NCBI GenBank assembly: GCA_016735225.1
Contig: JAERRX010000038.1
Coordinates: 1-48,519, forward strand
DNA from: Sulfurimonas sp.
GTDB taxonomy: Bacteria; Campylobacterota; Campylobacteria; Campylobacterales; Sulfurimonadaceae
Reading direction: 5' to 3'
DNA: 48,519 bases
Position 1 is the stretch's first letter. Each line of letters opens with the position of its first letter. Shown here piece after piece: positions 29,002 through 37,385 of the stretch. Under the pieces are notes generated by a model, which was not told the DNA's origin, made no database searches, and saw only the letters and a program-made list of their open reading frames with translations. Both the position numbers and the translations under genes were made by a program.

Positions 29002-31047
29002 CTACTTTTTTGTCATTTTATGAACACCCCACGATTGTCCATTTATAATATTTTTTAGAAAAAACTTTGATGGATTATCATCATAGTTTTCAACTAAAGT
29101 ACTAAATAATTTCTCTGCAGTTTTTAGATCATCATCTTTATAGATGCTCAATGCTTTATCATATAACTCTTTAATCTTTTTTGACTCATCATCTGTTTTC
29201 ATCAGTTGATAGAGAAGAACCGCCTTGTCTTTACCTTTTACCTTAACTGGCTCTATCTCTCTATATATAAACTCTTTACTTATCTTTGCTACTGTAAATT
29301 CTGTTATTAAAATATCTATACCATAGTTTTTTGTTAAGCCCTCAACCCTAGAAGCTAGGTTTACTCCATCGCCGATGACGGTATAGTTAAACCTACTATC
29401 TGAGCCCATATTTCCAACAACCACATCTGCTGTATTTATCCCTATACCGATTTTAATAGCACTTATATTTTCTGCTTCTAGCTCTTTGTTTAGTGTGTCT
29501 AGTCTATCTATCATCTCTAAGGCACATCTACATGAAGCATCTGCATGCTCTTTTATATCTACAGGTGCATTAAAAAATGCCATTACTGCATCGCCTATAT
29601 ATTTATCAAGCATTCCGCCATTTTCTAAAACAGAGTTTGTCATTGGGGTAAAATATCTGTTGAGCAGGTTGATCAAACTAACGGGATCCATAGACTCTGA
29701 AATAGTTGTAAAACCACGAATATCACTAAAGAGTATGCTAAGTTCTTTGTTTTCTCCACCTAAAGAGAGTGAATCTGGATTTTTAATAAGTTGATCTAGT
29801 AGATCACTAGAAAGGTAGGAGGAAAAAGCTCCTCTCATAAACTTTGAGCTTTTTTCTTGCATGTTAAAAGCTATAGCTTCTACTGCAGATAGACTAAGAA
29901 GTAGTGAAACAAGCGGATAAAAAAGGTCAATATATATCATTTGTGATATAAACAAGTATTTTACATAGGTATAAAGAAGAATATATACTCCTATGTTTAA
30001 AAGAGTCCTATACAAAATCTTTTTAACTAAAAAAATTAAAATAAAAGGAAGTAAAACCATAAGAGTTATTAGATATAAAGTTGCATTTTTTGGCTCTTTT
30101 ATAAGATGGTCTTGCAAAAAGTTTGACATAAAAGTATAGTGCAATAATGGTCCTGGTATAGAACCTATGGGAGTGTTTGCAATATCGCCAACACCAACAT
30201 CTGTTATGCCAAGAATAACTATCTTGTTTTTAAAATACTCTGGCTTTATCTTGCCCTTTGCTACATCTATAAATGAAACTATTTTGTATTGCTCTTTTTG
30301 GTAAAAGTTTAGTCTTGTTAAGCCATTTTTATCTAAAGAGATCTCTCTGTCACCTATTTTTACACGATGGTCATCAACTCTTTGAATATCTTCATTAAGT
30401 TTTAGTCTCAAACCTTGAACACCCAAAGATGGATATAGCAAGTTTTGAAAATAGATAGATACTGGATAGGTACGAAGCTTATCATCGCTATCTCTGATAG
30501 TAGAAAAACTTCCAGACATTGTACATGACTCTAAAATAGTTAAAATATTCATCTCTGCAAATTCTGCTGAAGCAAAGCTTGGTTTAGAGTGCTCGGCAAT
30601 CTGTGACTGAAGAAGGTCAAGAGATGAATCGCTTAAAACCTCTAGCTCATCATCACTTATAAGCTGTGTAGAGTTATGTCTTAAAAAAAAGCCACAAACA
30701 CTTGCATCTAAAGAGCTAAGAGACTCTCCTAAGATAGCATCTTTGGTAGCTGTGGTTGGCTCTGAAAATATCATATCCATCAAAACTACATCTGAGAGAT
30801 AGAGAGCATCTATCCCCTTAGCCAACTTCTCTCTATCCCACGGCCATCTTCCATACTCGTTTACACTAGGCTCATCTACTGCTACAAAGACTATGTTAGA
30901 GTCTGGCTTCTTTTCTTGAAGTGCAAAGTTTATATCATTGAAGCGAAGAGAAAAACTTTCAAACGGTTCTACCTTATATAGGTGAAGCAGGAAGGTTGCT
31001 ATCATTATAGATGTAAAGACAAAAAGATAAATAACTTTTTCTTTCAT
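29002..31047 (-). CDS. CHASE2-domain class III adenylate cyclase
   Basis: CHASE2 (VAVDE, GRWPWDR, DMIFSE, TPIG..PG..H), 3 TM segments, cyclase LFSDIRGFT, DKYIGD, NYTVIGDGVNLASR; K and T at the substrate positions suggest ATP. Confidence 0.92.
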   Translation of the reverse strand: MKEKVIYLFVFTSIMIATFLLHLYKVEPFESFSLRFNDINFALQEKKPDSNIVFVAVDEPSVNEYGRWPWDREKLAKGIDALYLSDVVLMDMIFSEPTTATKDAILGESLSSLDASVCGFFLRHNSTQLISDDELEVLSDSSLDLLQSQIAEHSKPSFASAEFAEMNILTILESCTMSGSFSTIRDSDDKLRTYPVSIYFQNLLYPSLGVQGLRLKLNEDIQRVDDHRVKIGDREISLDKNGLTRLNFYQKEQYKIVSFIDVAKGKIKPEYFKNKIVILGITDVGVGDIANTPIGSIPGPLLHYTFMSNFLQDHLIKEPKNATLYLITLMVLLPFILIFLVKKILYRTLLNIGVYILLYTYVKYLFISQMIYIDLFYPLVSLLLSLSAVEAIAFNMQEKSSKFMRGAFSSYLSSDLLDQLIKNPDSLSLGGENKELSILFSDIRGFTTISESMDPVSLINLLNRYFTPMTNSVLENGGMLDKYIGDAVMAFFNAPVDIKEHADASCRCALEMIDRLDTLNKELEAENISAIKIGIGINTADVVVGNMGSDSRFNYTVIGDGVNLASRVEGLTKNYGIDILITEFTVAKISKEFIYREIEPVKVKGKDKAVLLYQLMKTDDESKKIKELYDKALSIYKDDDLKTAEKLFSTLVENYDDNPSKFFLKNIINGQSWGVHKMTKK

Positions 31048-31053
31048 ATCTAT

Positions 31054-31758
31054 CTACTTTATAGAGCCTATTAGTTCTTCAAAGTGTTTAAACTCAGCCT
31101 CATCATCTTCAGTAAATGCTTCTTCATCAACCTTCTGCCCATTAAAAGAGACGGTGTTACCAGCTTTTAGGTCAAACTCTTTTGTCATCTCAGCTAGCCC
31201 TTCTTCTTGTTCGTTTAAAAACCTTTGATATTTAGCGAGTTGCTCTTGTAGATAGTTTTGATACTCTGTTTCTATCTGCTTTTTGTATAGCTCAAACTCC
31301 TCTTTAACACTTTGAATGCCAACTAGACCCTCTTTTAGTTTTACAGAAGAGTTCTCTCCTACAGTTACTACAAAAGTTGTCCCTTTGATACCAATAATTG
31401 CAAAGGGAGTCTTAACTTTAATGGCATTTTTTGCATCTCTTGATGTTATCTTGTAGTAAACTTTGCCTTTTTGCTGTTGTGTTAGTTTGACTGATTCAAA
31501 CAGAAGAGTCGTACTCCTATCAAGAACTAGGGTTGAGCCATCATTAAGAGATATGACAGCACTTGCTTTTCTACCTGTTGTGATCAAGTCGCCCTTTTTT
31601 ATCTCTAAGCCAACATCGACTTTACTCTTTTTAAATGAGCCTTCACTTTTTACCTTTACATTTCCATTGACACTTTTTACACTTGCTATAATAGAACTTG
31701 CCGATATGTTTGTAGTACAAACAAATATCACAAAGATAGACAGTAAAAATCTTTTCAT
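31054..31758 (-). CDS. Exported FecR-domain protein
   Basis: Signal peptide; GDLITTG, LNDGSTL.L, VKTPFAIIGIKGTTF.V, LKEG.V. Confidence 0.85.
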   Translation of the reverse strand: MKRFLLSIFVIFVCTTNISASSIIASVKSVNGNVKVKSEGSFKKSKVDVGLEIKKGDLITTGRKASAVISLNDGSTLVLDRSTTLLFESVKLTQQQKGKVYYKITSRDAKNAIKVKTPFAIIGIKGTTFVVTVGENSSVKLKEGLVGIQSVKEEFELYKKQIETEYQNYLQEQLAKYQRFLNEQEEGLAEMTKEFDLKAGNTVSFNGQKVDEEAFTEDDEAEFKHFEELIGSIK

Positions 31759-31782
31759 ATTAAACCCCTATAATTTTTACTC

Positions 31783-31807
31783 ATTATAGCATTTAAATTG
31801 CTACAAT
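31783..31807. promoter_or_regulatory. Back-to-back extended -10 promoters (fecR operon and yaaA)
   Basis: TGCTATAAT on the minus strand (31791-31783) and TGCTACAAT on the plus strand (31799-31807), 7 bp apart. Confidence 0.7.
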
Positions 31808-31832
31808 TAGATAAAAACAAAAGGATACAGAG

Positions 31833-32579
31833 ATGCTAAAGATATTATTTTCACCAGCAGAGGCAAAAAAGAGTGGTGGCATTGACAAAGAGATCGCTAG
31901 CAATAGTTTTATTTTTCCAGAACTATTTAAATACCGAAAAGAGCTTATAGATAGATACAAATTATTTATACAAACATCGAGTGATGAGAAACTAAGTAAA
32001 TTGTTTGGTATTAAAGATATAAAAAAATTTGAAAAATATAAAACTGATATATACACATTAGAGCTAATGAAAGTTATACAAAGATATGATGGAGTAGCCT
32101 TTGATTATTTAGACTATGACTCATTAAAAAAAGAGGAAAAGGAGTATATCGATACCAATACAATTATATTTTCAAATCTATTTGGACCACTATTAGCAGG
32201 TGATGTCGGTATTCCAGAATACAAACTAAAACAAGGTGAAAAGATAGGTGATTTTGCTCCTGAGCTATTTTATAAAAAATATTTTTCTCCTAGCTTAGAT
32301 GCTATGCTAGGAGATGAACCATATCTCGACTTGCGAGCTGGTTTTTATCATAAATTTTATAAGCCAAACTCACAATATACTACATTGAAATTTTTAAAAA
32401 ACAATAAAGTTGTAAGCCATTGGGCAAAGGCTTATAGAGGTCTAGTACTAAAAGCGATAGCACAAAACAAGATAGAGTCTATAGATGAGTTTATGCAAAT
32501 GGAGATGGAAAACTTATCTGTCAAAGAGATAATAAAAAAAGCACTACACACGGAAATAGTTTTTGATATTGGTTTATAA
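31833..32579 (+). CDS. yaaA: Peroxide-stress DNA-binding protein, YaaA (DUF328) family
   Basis: FSPAEAK, RYDGVAFDYL, SNLFGPL, YKL, VVSHWAKAYRG. Confidence 0.88.
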   Translation: MLKILFSPAEAKKSGGIDKEIASNSFIFPELFKYRKELIDRYKLFIQTSSDEKLSKLFGIKDIKKFEKYKTDIYTLELMKVIQRYDGVAFDYLDYDSLKKEEKEYIDTNTIIFSNLFGPLLAGDVGIPEYKLKQGEKIGDFAPELFYKKYFSPSLDAMLGDEPYLDLRAGFYHKFYKPNSQYTTLKFLKNNKVVSHWAKAYRGLVLKAIAQNKIESIDEFMQMEMENLSVKEIIKKALHTEIVFDIGL

Positions 32580-32647
32580 TTGTTCAATATGTTAGTATTG
32601 CATTTTAAATAGTTGTTTGTTTTTCTTGAAACTAGTATAATAAGACT

Positions 32648-33898
32648 ATGAATTTATATTTAAACAAATTTAACGACTCTATAAAAAATACACTTTTTTT
32701 TAAACTGCCCCTAGAGGAACAAGAGTTTATAAAAGAAAGGTCACTGAAACTAAAGTTTTCTTTTCAAGAGATAAAGCAGATTGTAGATATTGCTCGTGAT
32801 TTAAAAACTTGGAATGAACCGAGTATTATAAAAATATTTCCCGAGCATGAGCAAAAAAAAGTTGTTTTTTCAAGACTAAAACAAAGATTTGAAAAACTAC
32901 GAAGCAAGCCTAACTCTTATGAGGATTTTAAGCCTAAAAATATCTCAAAAGAGCAAAAGTTTACTTTCAAAACAGAAGCTAAAGATGGTTTTGGCTTAGG
33001 GCTTTGTCCAGTTGCATCTGAGAAAACAAGATGCTGTAACCTTTTAACACTAGATGCCGTTGAGAGTTGTGGCTTTGACTGTTCCTACTGTTCTATCCAG
33101 TCTTTTTACAATCAAAACACCATCACTTTTGATAGCAACTTTGCAGATAAACTCTCCAAACTAAAGCTTGATAAAAATAGAACTTATCATATAGGAACAG
33201 GTCAAGCATCCGACTCTTTGATGTGGGGAAATCGTGAGGGTATCTTAGATGCACTGTTTAAGTTTGTAAAGGAAAACCCAAATATTATCTTAGAGTTTAA
33301 GACAAAATCAGACAATATAGAGTATTTTTTGCAAAATGAAGTTCCTAAAAATATACTTTGCACTTGGTCTCTAAACACCCCTACTATTATAAAAAATGAA
33401 GAGCATCTAACAACTTCACTTGATAAACGCCTAGATGCTGCACGAAAGATGGCAGATAAAGGTATAAAAGTTGGCTTTCACTTCCACCCAATAGTGCAGT
33501 ATGAAAACTATCTCTGTGAATATGCCAAAGTTTACGATAGACTTACAAAAACATTTACAGCACAAGAGGTTGCACTTGTAAGTTTTGGAACACTTACCTT
33601 TATAAAGCCTGTTATAAAACAGCTTAGAAGAAGAGAGTTTAAAAGTAAAATCACACAGATGCCATTTGAAGATGCAAGTGGGAAAAGTTCTTATCCAGAT
33701 GCTATTAAAGTAGAGATGTTTAAACATGCTTATGAAAGTTTTAGCTCCTGGCATAAAGATATATTTTTTTACCTTTGCATGGAAGAGCATGATATGTGGA
33801 GTAAAACCTTTGGTTATCAGTATGCAACAAATAAGGATTTTGAAAGAGCGATGCTTAGCTCCTATGCAAAAAAACTAAACATGGAGTTTCTTATATGA
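32648..33898 (+). CDS. Spore photoproduct lyase (SplB)-family radical SAM protein
   Basis: CGFDCSYC cluster motif, IGTGQASDSL, LEFKTKS, WSLN, RLDAA, FHFHP, YLCME. Confidence 0.82.
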   Translation: MNLYLNKFNDSIKNTLFFKLPLEEQEFIKERSLKLKFSFQEIKQIVDIARDLKTWNEPSIIKIFPEHEQKKVVFSRLKQRFEKLRSKPNSYEDFKPKNISKEQKFTFKTEAKDGFGLGLCPVASEKTRCCNLLTLDAVESCGFDCSYCSIQSFYNQNTITFDSNFADKLSKLKLDKNRTYHIGTGQASDSLMWGNREGILDALFKFVKENPNIILEFKTKSDNIEYFLQNEVPKNILCTWSLNTPTIIKNEEHLTTSLDKRLDAARKMADKGIKVGFHFHPIVQYENYLCEYAKVYDRLTKTFTAQEVALVSFGTLTFIKPVIKQLRRREFKSKITQMPFEDASGKSSYPDAIKVEMFKHAYESFSSWHKDIFFYLCMEEHDMWSKTFGYQYATNKDFERAMLSSYAKKLNMEFLI

Positions 33899-34548
33899 AT
33901 CTACTAGAAATAATACTAGTTATACCACTTCTGATACTATCCGCTCAAGTTAGTGTAAAAAGTCCTGCTAAATCGACAAGTGTTCAAAAAAAAGCTAACT
34001 TTAGAAAGCTTATAGTACCAGCAGTAGATAATATATATAAAGAGTTAGATGCTCAATATAAAGATATAAAGAAAAATATCAACAATCCTAAATATGCAAA
34101 GAAGGTATCATCTCTTATGCAAACTTATGGGGTTAAAACCGATGAAAAACTGCTTATGGCTTTAAAACCACATCCTAGAAGTATCGCTATTGCACAGGCT
34201 GCTATGGAGAGTGCTTGGGCGACATCAAGGTTTTTTCGTGAAGGCACAAATATTTTCGGAGTTTGGTCTTTTAATAAAAATGAACCTAGAATAGCTGCTG
34301 GAGAAAAACGAGGCTCTAAGACTATCTGGCTAAAAAAATACTCTTCTATAGAGGACTCTATAAGGGATTATTACAAAACATTAGCACGCTCACATGCATT
34401 TGTAGAGTTTAGAGAGCTTAAAATGAAAACCGATGACCCCTACCAACTAGTAAAAAAGCTAGACCGCTACTCTGAGATGGGTGCAGAATATGGCAAGGAA
34501 CTAACGGCTATGATCAGGTTTAACAAATTTTATCTATATGATAAGTAG
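33895..34548 (+). CDS. Glucosaminidase (GH73 / Bax-like) exported protein
   Basis: AIAQAAMESAWATSRF, NIFGVW, YSE.G.EY. Confidence 0.85.
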   Translation: MNLLEIILVIPLLILSAQVSVKSPAKSTSVQKKANFRKLIVPAVDNIYKELDAQYKDIKKNINNPKYAKKVSSLMQTYGVKTDEKLLMALKPHPRSIAIAQAAMESAWATSRFFREGTNIFGVWSFNKNEPRIAAGEKRGSKTIWLKKYSSIEDSIRDYYKTLARSHAFVEFRELKMKTDDPYQLVKKLDRYSEMGAEYGKELTAMIRFNKFYLYDK

Positions 34549-34567
34549 TTCTTAGATGCGAGAGTGG

Positions 34568-34810
34568 TTAATGACTTCCACATCCGCCACCACAGCATCC
34601 ATTGCTTGTTGAGTCACTAAAAGCTATGACAAAGTTATCTCCAGCCTCTTGAACTTTAAACTCATGTTTATCACAAAACTCATCGTTCATGTAGTCTTTC
34701 ATCTCTAAGGACTTCATAAGTGCATCATCTTTTGAAACAACTTCTATACCATTTTCTAGTGAGCTTTTTTTAAAACAGCCACACTCTTTTTCTACTATAA
34801 TTTTAAACAT
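34568..34810 (-). CDS. Small Cys/His-rich protein (80 aa)
   Basis: Start MFKII after AAGGA; ECGC, FCDKH and C-terminal CCGGGCGSH. Confidence 0.75.
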   Translation of the reverse strand: MFKIIVEKECGCFKKSSLENGIEVVSKDDALMKSLEMKDYMNDEFCDKHEFKVQEAGDNFVIAFSDSTSNGCCGGGCGSH

Positions 34811-34870
34811 TTTATTTCCTTTTTTTTCGTATATTAGCACTCTTTACTTGCCTAGTACTTAGTAAAAAAA

Positions 34871-36169
34871 TTAAATTTTAAACTTAACCAAAATCATACC
34901 AGCAAACTTGTCTTTAGTGTAATACTCTACTCTATAGATGCTGCCTCGTTTATCTATAGAAAATCGTTTAGGAATATCGATATTTTTTATCTTTATCTCT
35001 GTTTCTTTTTTACCTTTGTTTGTAAAACCTATAACATTTACACGATACTTTTTATTTTCTTTGATCAAAAAACTTTTATCTACTTCTACGAGTGTTCCAA
35101 ACTTAATATTTTTTAGTTCATTATCTATAAGTATCTCTATACTTTGGTTACTATCTTCATACTCTCTATAGTCTGCTTTTAGTCTCGTAAGTCGTCTATT
35201 TCCATACTGAATAGTATAACTATTGTCTTTTTTTATGATGGTCAAAAGTGGGTTGCTTGCTTTAAAGCTCAACTCTCCATCTTTTTTAATAGGAAAATAT
35301 TTTAGTATATTTCTAATTTTGGAAAGTGGTAGTCTTATTTTTTCATCATACAAAGAGATATAAATATCGTTGTTAATAGCATTATAAACACCATTTGGAT
35401 TCATTTTAAACTTTCGCTTAAACTCTATGCCCATAATATTCATATATTTTTCTAAGGCAAGAAGATGGTAGTAAACTCTTTTATGAGTTGGCAAATCTTT
35501 GCTTGCTTCATTGCCAAAAGCTGCTTTGCCTTGGTTGATAGTATAGTAGGTGAGAGTTTTTTCCATCTCTTTATCACCCTCTCTTGTTCTTGTATTGTGC
35601 AGGCTATAAAAATCTTTTTCTATTATAAGCTTTTGGTTTATATGCTTTACGACTTGAGATGCTATCTCTTCAAGGTTTCCATACACAGGTACATCTATGT
35701 TTGACTGGTCTATTATAGAGCATTGTCCCCACTTTAATGGCGAGTGCAAGCTATCTATATATGTTTTTCTATAGTAACCACTTCCATCATGAAGGTTTAC
35801 TACAAGTTTTACACTTTCATCTTTTATATAGTTTTTGATTCTTTTAACGGTTTCATATTCAGGGTCTTTTTTTGAGAGATGGGCAAACTTTCTATTCATA
35901 TCGCCATAGGGACCTCTACTTCTTTTGATGATGCTGTAAAAGTTAAGATTTGGAACTATCCAAACAGAGCCTTTTGTTATTTGATAATGAGTAGAGAGTA
36001 TAGATGCGGCGATAAAACCACCTGGTTCATCTCCTTGAATACCACCAATTACCAACAGAGTGTTATTGTCTTGTGTGCCTTTTTTTATAATATTGAAGTT
36101 AAAATTGTTTTGAGCATTTAAAAAAAGCGGAAGTAAAAACACAAAAAGTAAGCTATATAATCTCAACAT
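34871..36169 (-). CDS. M99 peptidoglycan DL-carboxypeptidase (Csd4/Pgp1 family)
   Basis: GGIQGDEPGG (Gln Zn ligand typical of Csd4), DMNRKF, NLHDGSG, WGQCSIIDQ, NEASK; signal peptide from ATG 36169. Confidence 0.9.
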   Translation of the reverse strand: MLRLYSLLFVFLLPLFLNAQNNFNFNIIKKGTQDNNTLLVIGGIQGDEPGGFIAASILSTHYQITKGSVWIVPNLNFYSIIKRSRGPYGDMNRKFAHLSKKDPEYETVKRIKNYIKDESVKLVVNLHDGSGYYRKTYIDSLHSPLKWGQCSIIDQSNIDVPVYGNLEEIASQVVKHINQKLIIEKDFYSLHNTRTREGDKEMEKTLTYYTINQGKAAFGNEASKDLPTHKRVYYHLLALEKYMNIMGIEFKRKFKMNPNGVYNAINNDIYISLYDEKIRLPLSKIRNILKYFPIKKDGELSFKASNPLLTIIKKDNSYTIQYGNRRLTRLKADYREYEDSNQSIEILIDNELKNIKFGTLVEVDKSFLIKENKKYRVNVIGFTNKGKKETEIKIKNIDIPKRFSIDKRGSIYRVEYYTKDKFAGMILVKFKI

Positions 36170-36893
36170 GCCACGGTTCAAACCGAACTCCATCGTTGTT
36201 GCTCTTGTTATATCTCATACTTATATAGTCAAGTTTTTTCATTTTTTCAAACTCAAAAGTCGAAGCAAAATCAGCAGTAAAGTTTTTATATCCCCATCCT
36301 CTTCTCCCAACATCAAAATCACTTATAGTGTGGTAAGAGTAAGCAGGTGGTGCTATATCTAAAGAGGCTTTTGTAATATTGCCTCCATTTCTATATAGCT
36401 TATTGCAGTAAAGATTTAGTTGTTTCATGACATTTCTAACACCTGATGTTAAGACCAAAGTATTGCCGACATCTTTTTTTAGTTTTTTGTAGTCTTCTTC
36501 TGCCTTGCCCTTAAAGAGGTAGTGTCCAGTACCTGAGATCTTAACCACCTCTTTTGTTGATATTTTGTTTTCTATGTTAAAGCAGGTTTGTGAACCAAAA
36601 AAACCATACTGCTCGGTGCTTTCAAAAAATAACTTCTCTATTAAAGATAGCTCAATATTTGTAAAGCTACCTATGCGAGAGTAGTTTCTTCCATAGTGGA
36701 TAGCCTCTTTATAGGAGATAAGGTTAAAATTTGCAAAACCAACAAATTTTCGTAATCTCACAAGTCTTATGTTTAAGCTTTTTAGAGTTTGGTATTCTCT
36801 GTATGACAAGTAAACATCTTTAGTGTTTTTACTAAAATCTTTGGCATAAAGTGGTGTTAGTGCTAGTGCTGTTAAAAAAATTCTTCTATTCAT
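36153..36893 (-). CDS. M15/VanY-like peptidoglycan peptidase with Tat-like signal
   Basis: MNRRIFL, TSGVR...Q, APPAYSYH...DFD, EPWH. Confidence 0.82.
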   Translation of the reverse strand: MNRRIFLTALALTPLYAKDFSKNTKDVYLSYREYQTLKSLNIRLVRLRKFVGFANFNLISYKEAIHYGRNYSRIGSFTNIELSLIEKLFFESTEQYGFFGSQTCFNIENKISTKEVVKISGTGHYLFKGKAEEDYKKLKKDVGNTLVLTSGVRNVMKQLNLYCNKLYRNGGNITKASLDIAPPAYSYHTISDFDVGRRGWGYKNFTADFASTFEFEKMKKLDYISMRYNKSNNDGVRFEPWHVEII

Positions 36894-36983
36894 TGTCGTG
36901 ATTATATCAGATTTGTAATAAAAAAGTAATAGAATTTATGTATAATTGCACAACTAAATATTATATTAAAATCAAGGTAAGTT

Positions 36984-37385
36984 TTGTCAAAAAAAGTTCT
37001 TATATTATGCACAGGAAATAGTTGTCGTTCTATTATCGCTGAAGCAGTTTTAAACAAACATCTCCACGGTATAGATGCTATGAGTGCTGGCACAAAAGCG
37101 ACTGGGAAAGTAAACCCAGATGCCATTAAAGTTTTGCAAAAAAATGATTTGTGGGATGATAAATATCACTCTAAAACACTCAAAGATGTAGAAGATGAAG
37201 AGTTCGACCTAGTCATAACTGTTTGTGATAATGCGATGGAGTCTTGTCCTATGTTTCCCAAAAAAACAAAAGTTATACATGTTGGTTATGAAGACCCTGA
37301 TGGAAAAAGTTACTCAGCCTTTGAGGAAACTTTAAAACTTATAAAGATGGAACTTATTCCTATCGTAAGGGTAGAACTATCATGA
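36984..37385 (+). CDS. arsC: Arsenate reductase (LMW-PTP fold, thioredoxin type)
   Basis: CTGNSCRS, TVCD, SCP, DPD; TTG start; coupled to arsB. Confidence 0.9.
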   Translation: MSKKVLILCTGNSCRSIIAEAVLNKHLHGIDAMSAGTKATGKVNPDAIKVLQKNDLWDDKYHSKTLKDVEDEEFDLVITVCDNAMESCPMFPKKTKVIHVGYEDPDGKSYSAFEETLKLIKMELIPIVRVELS

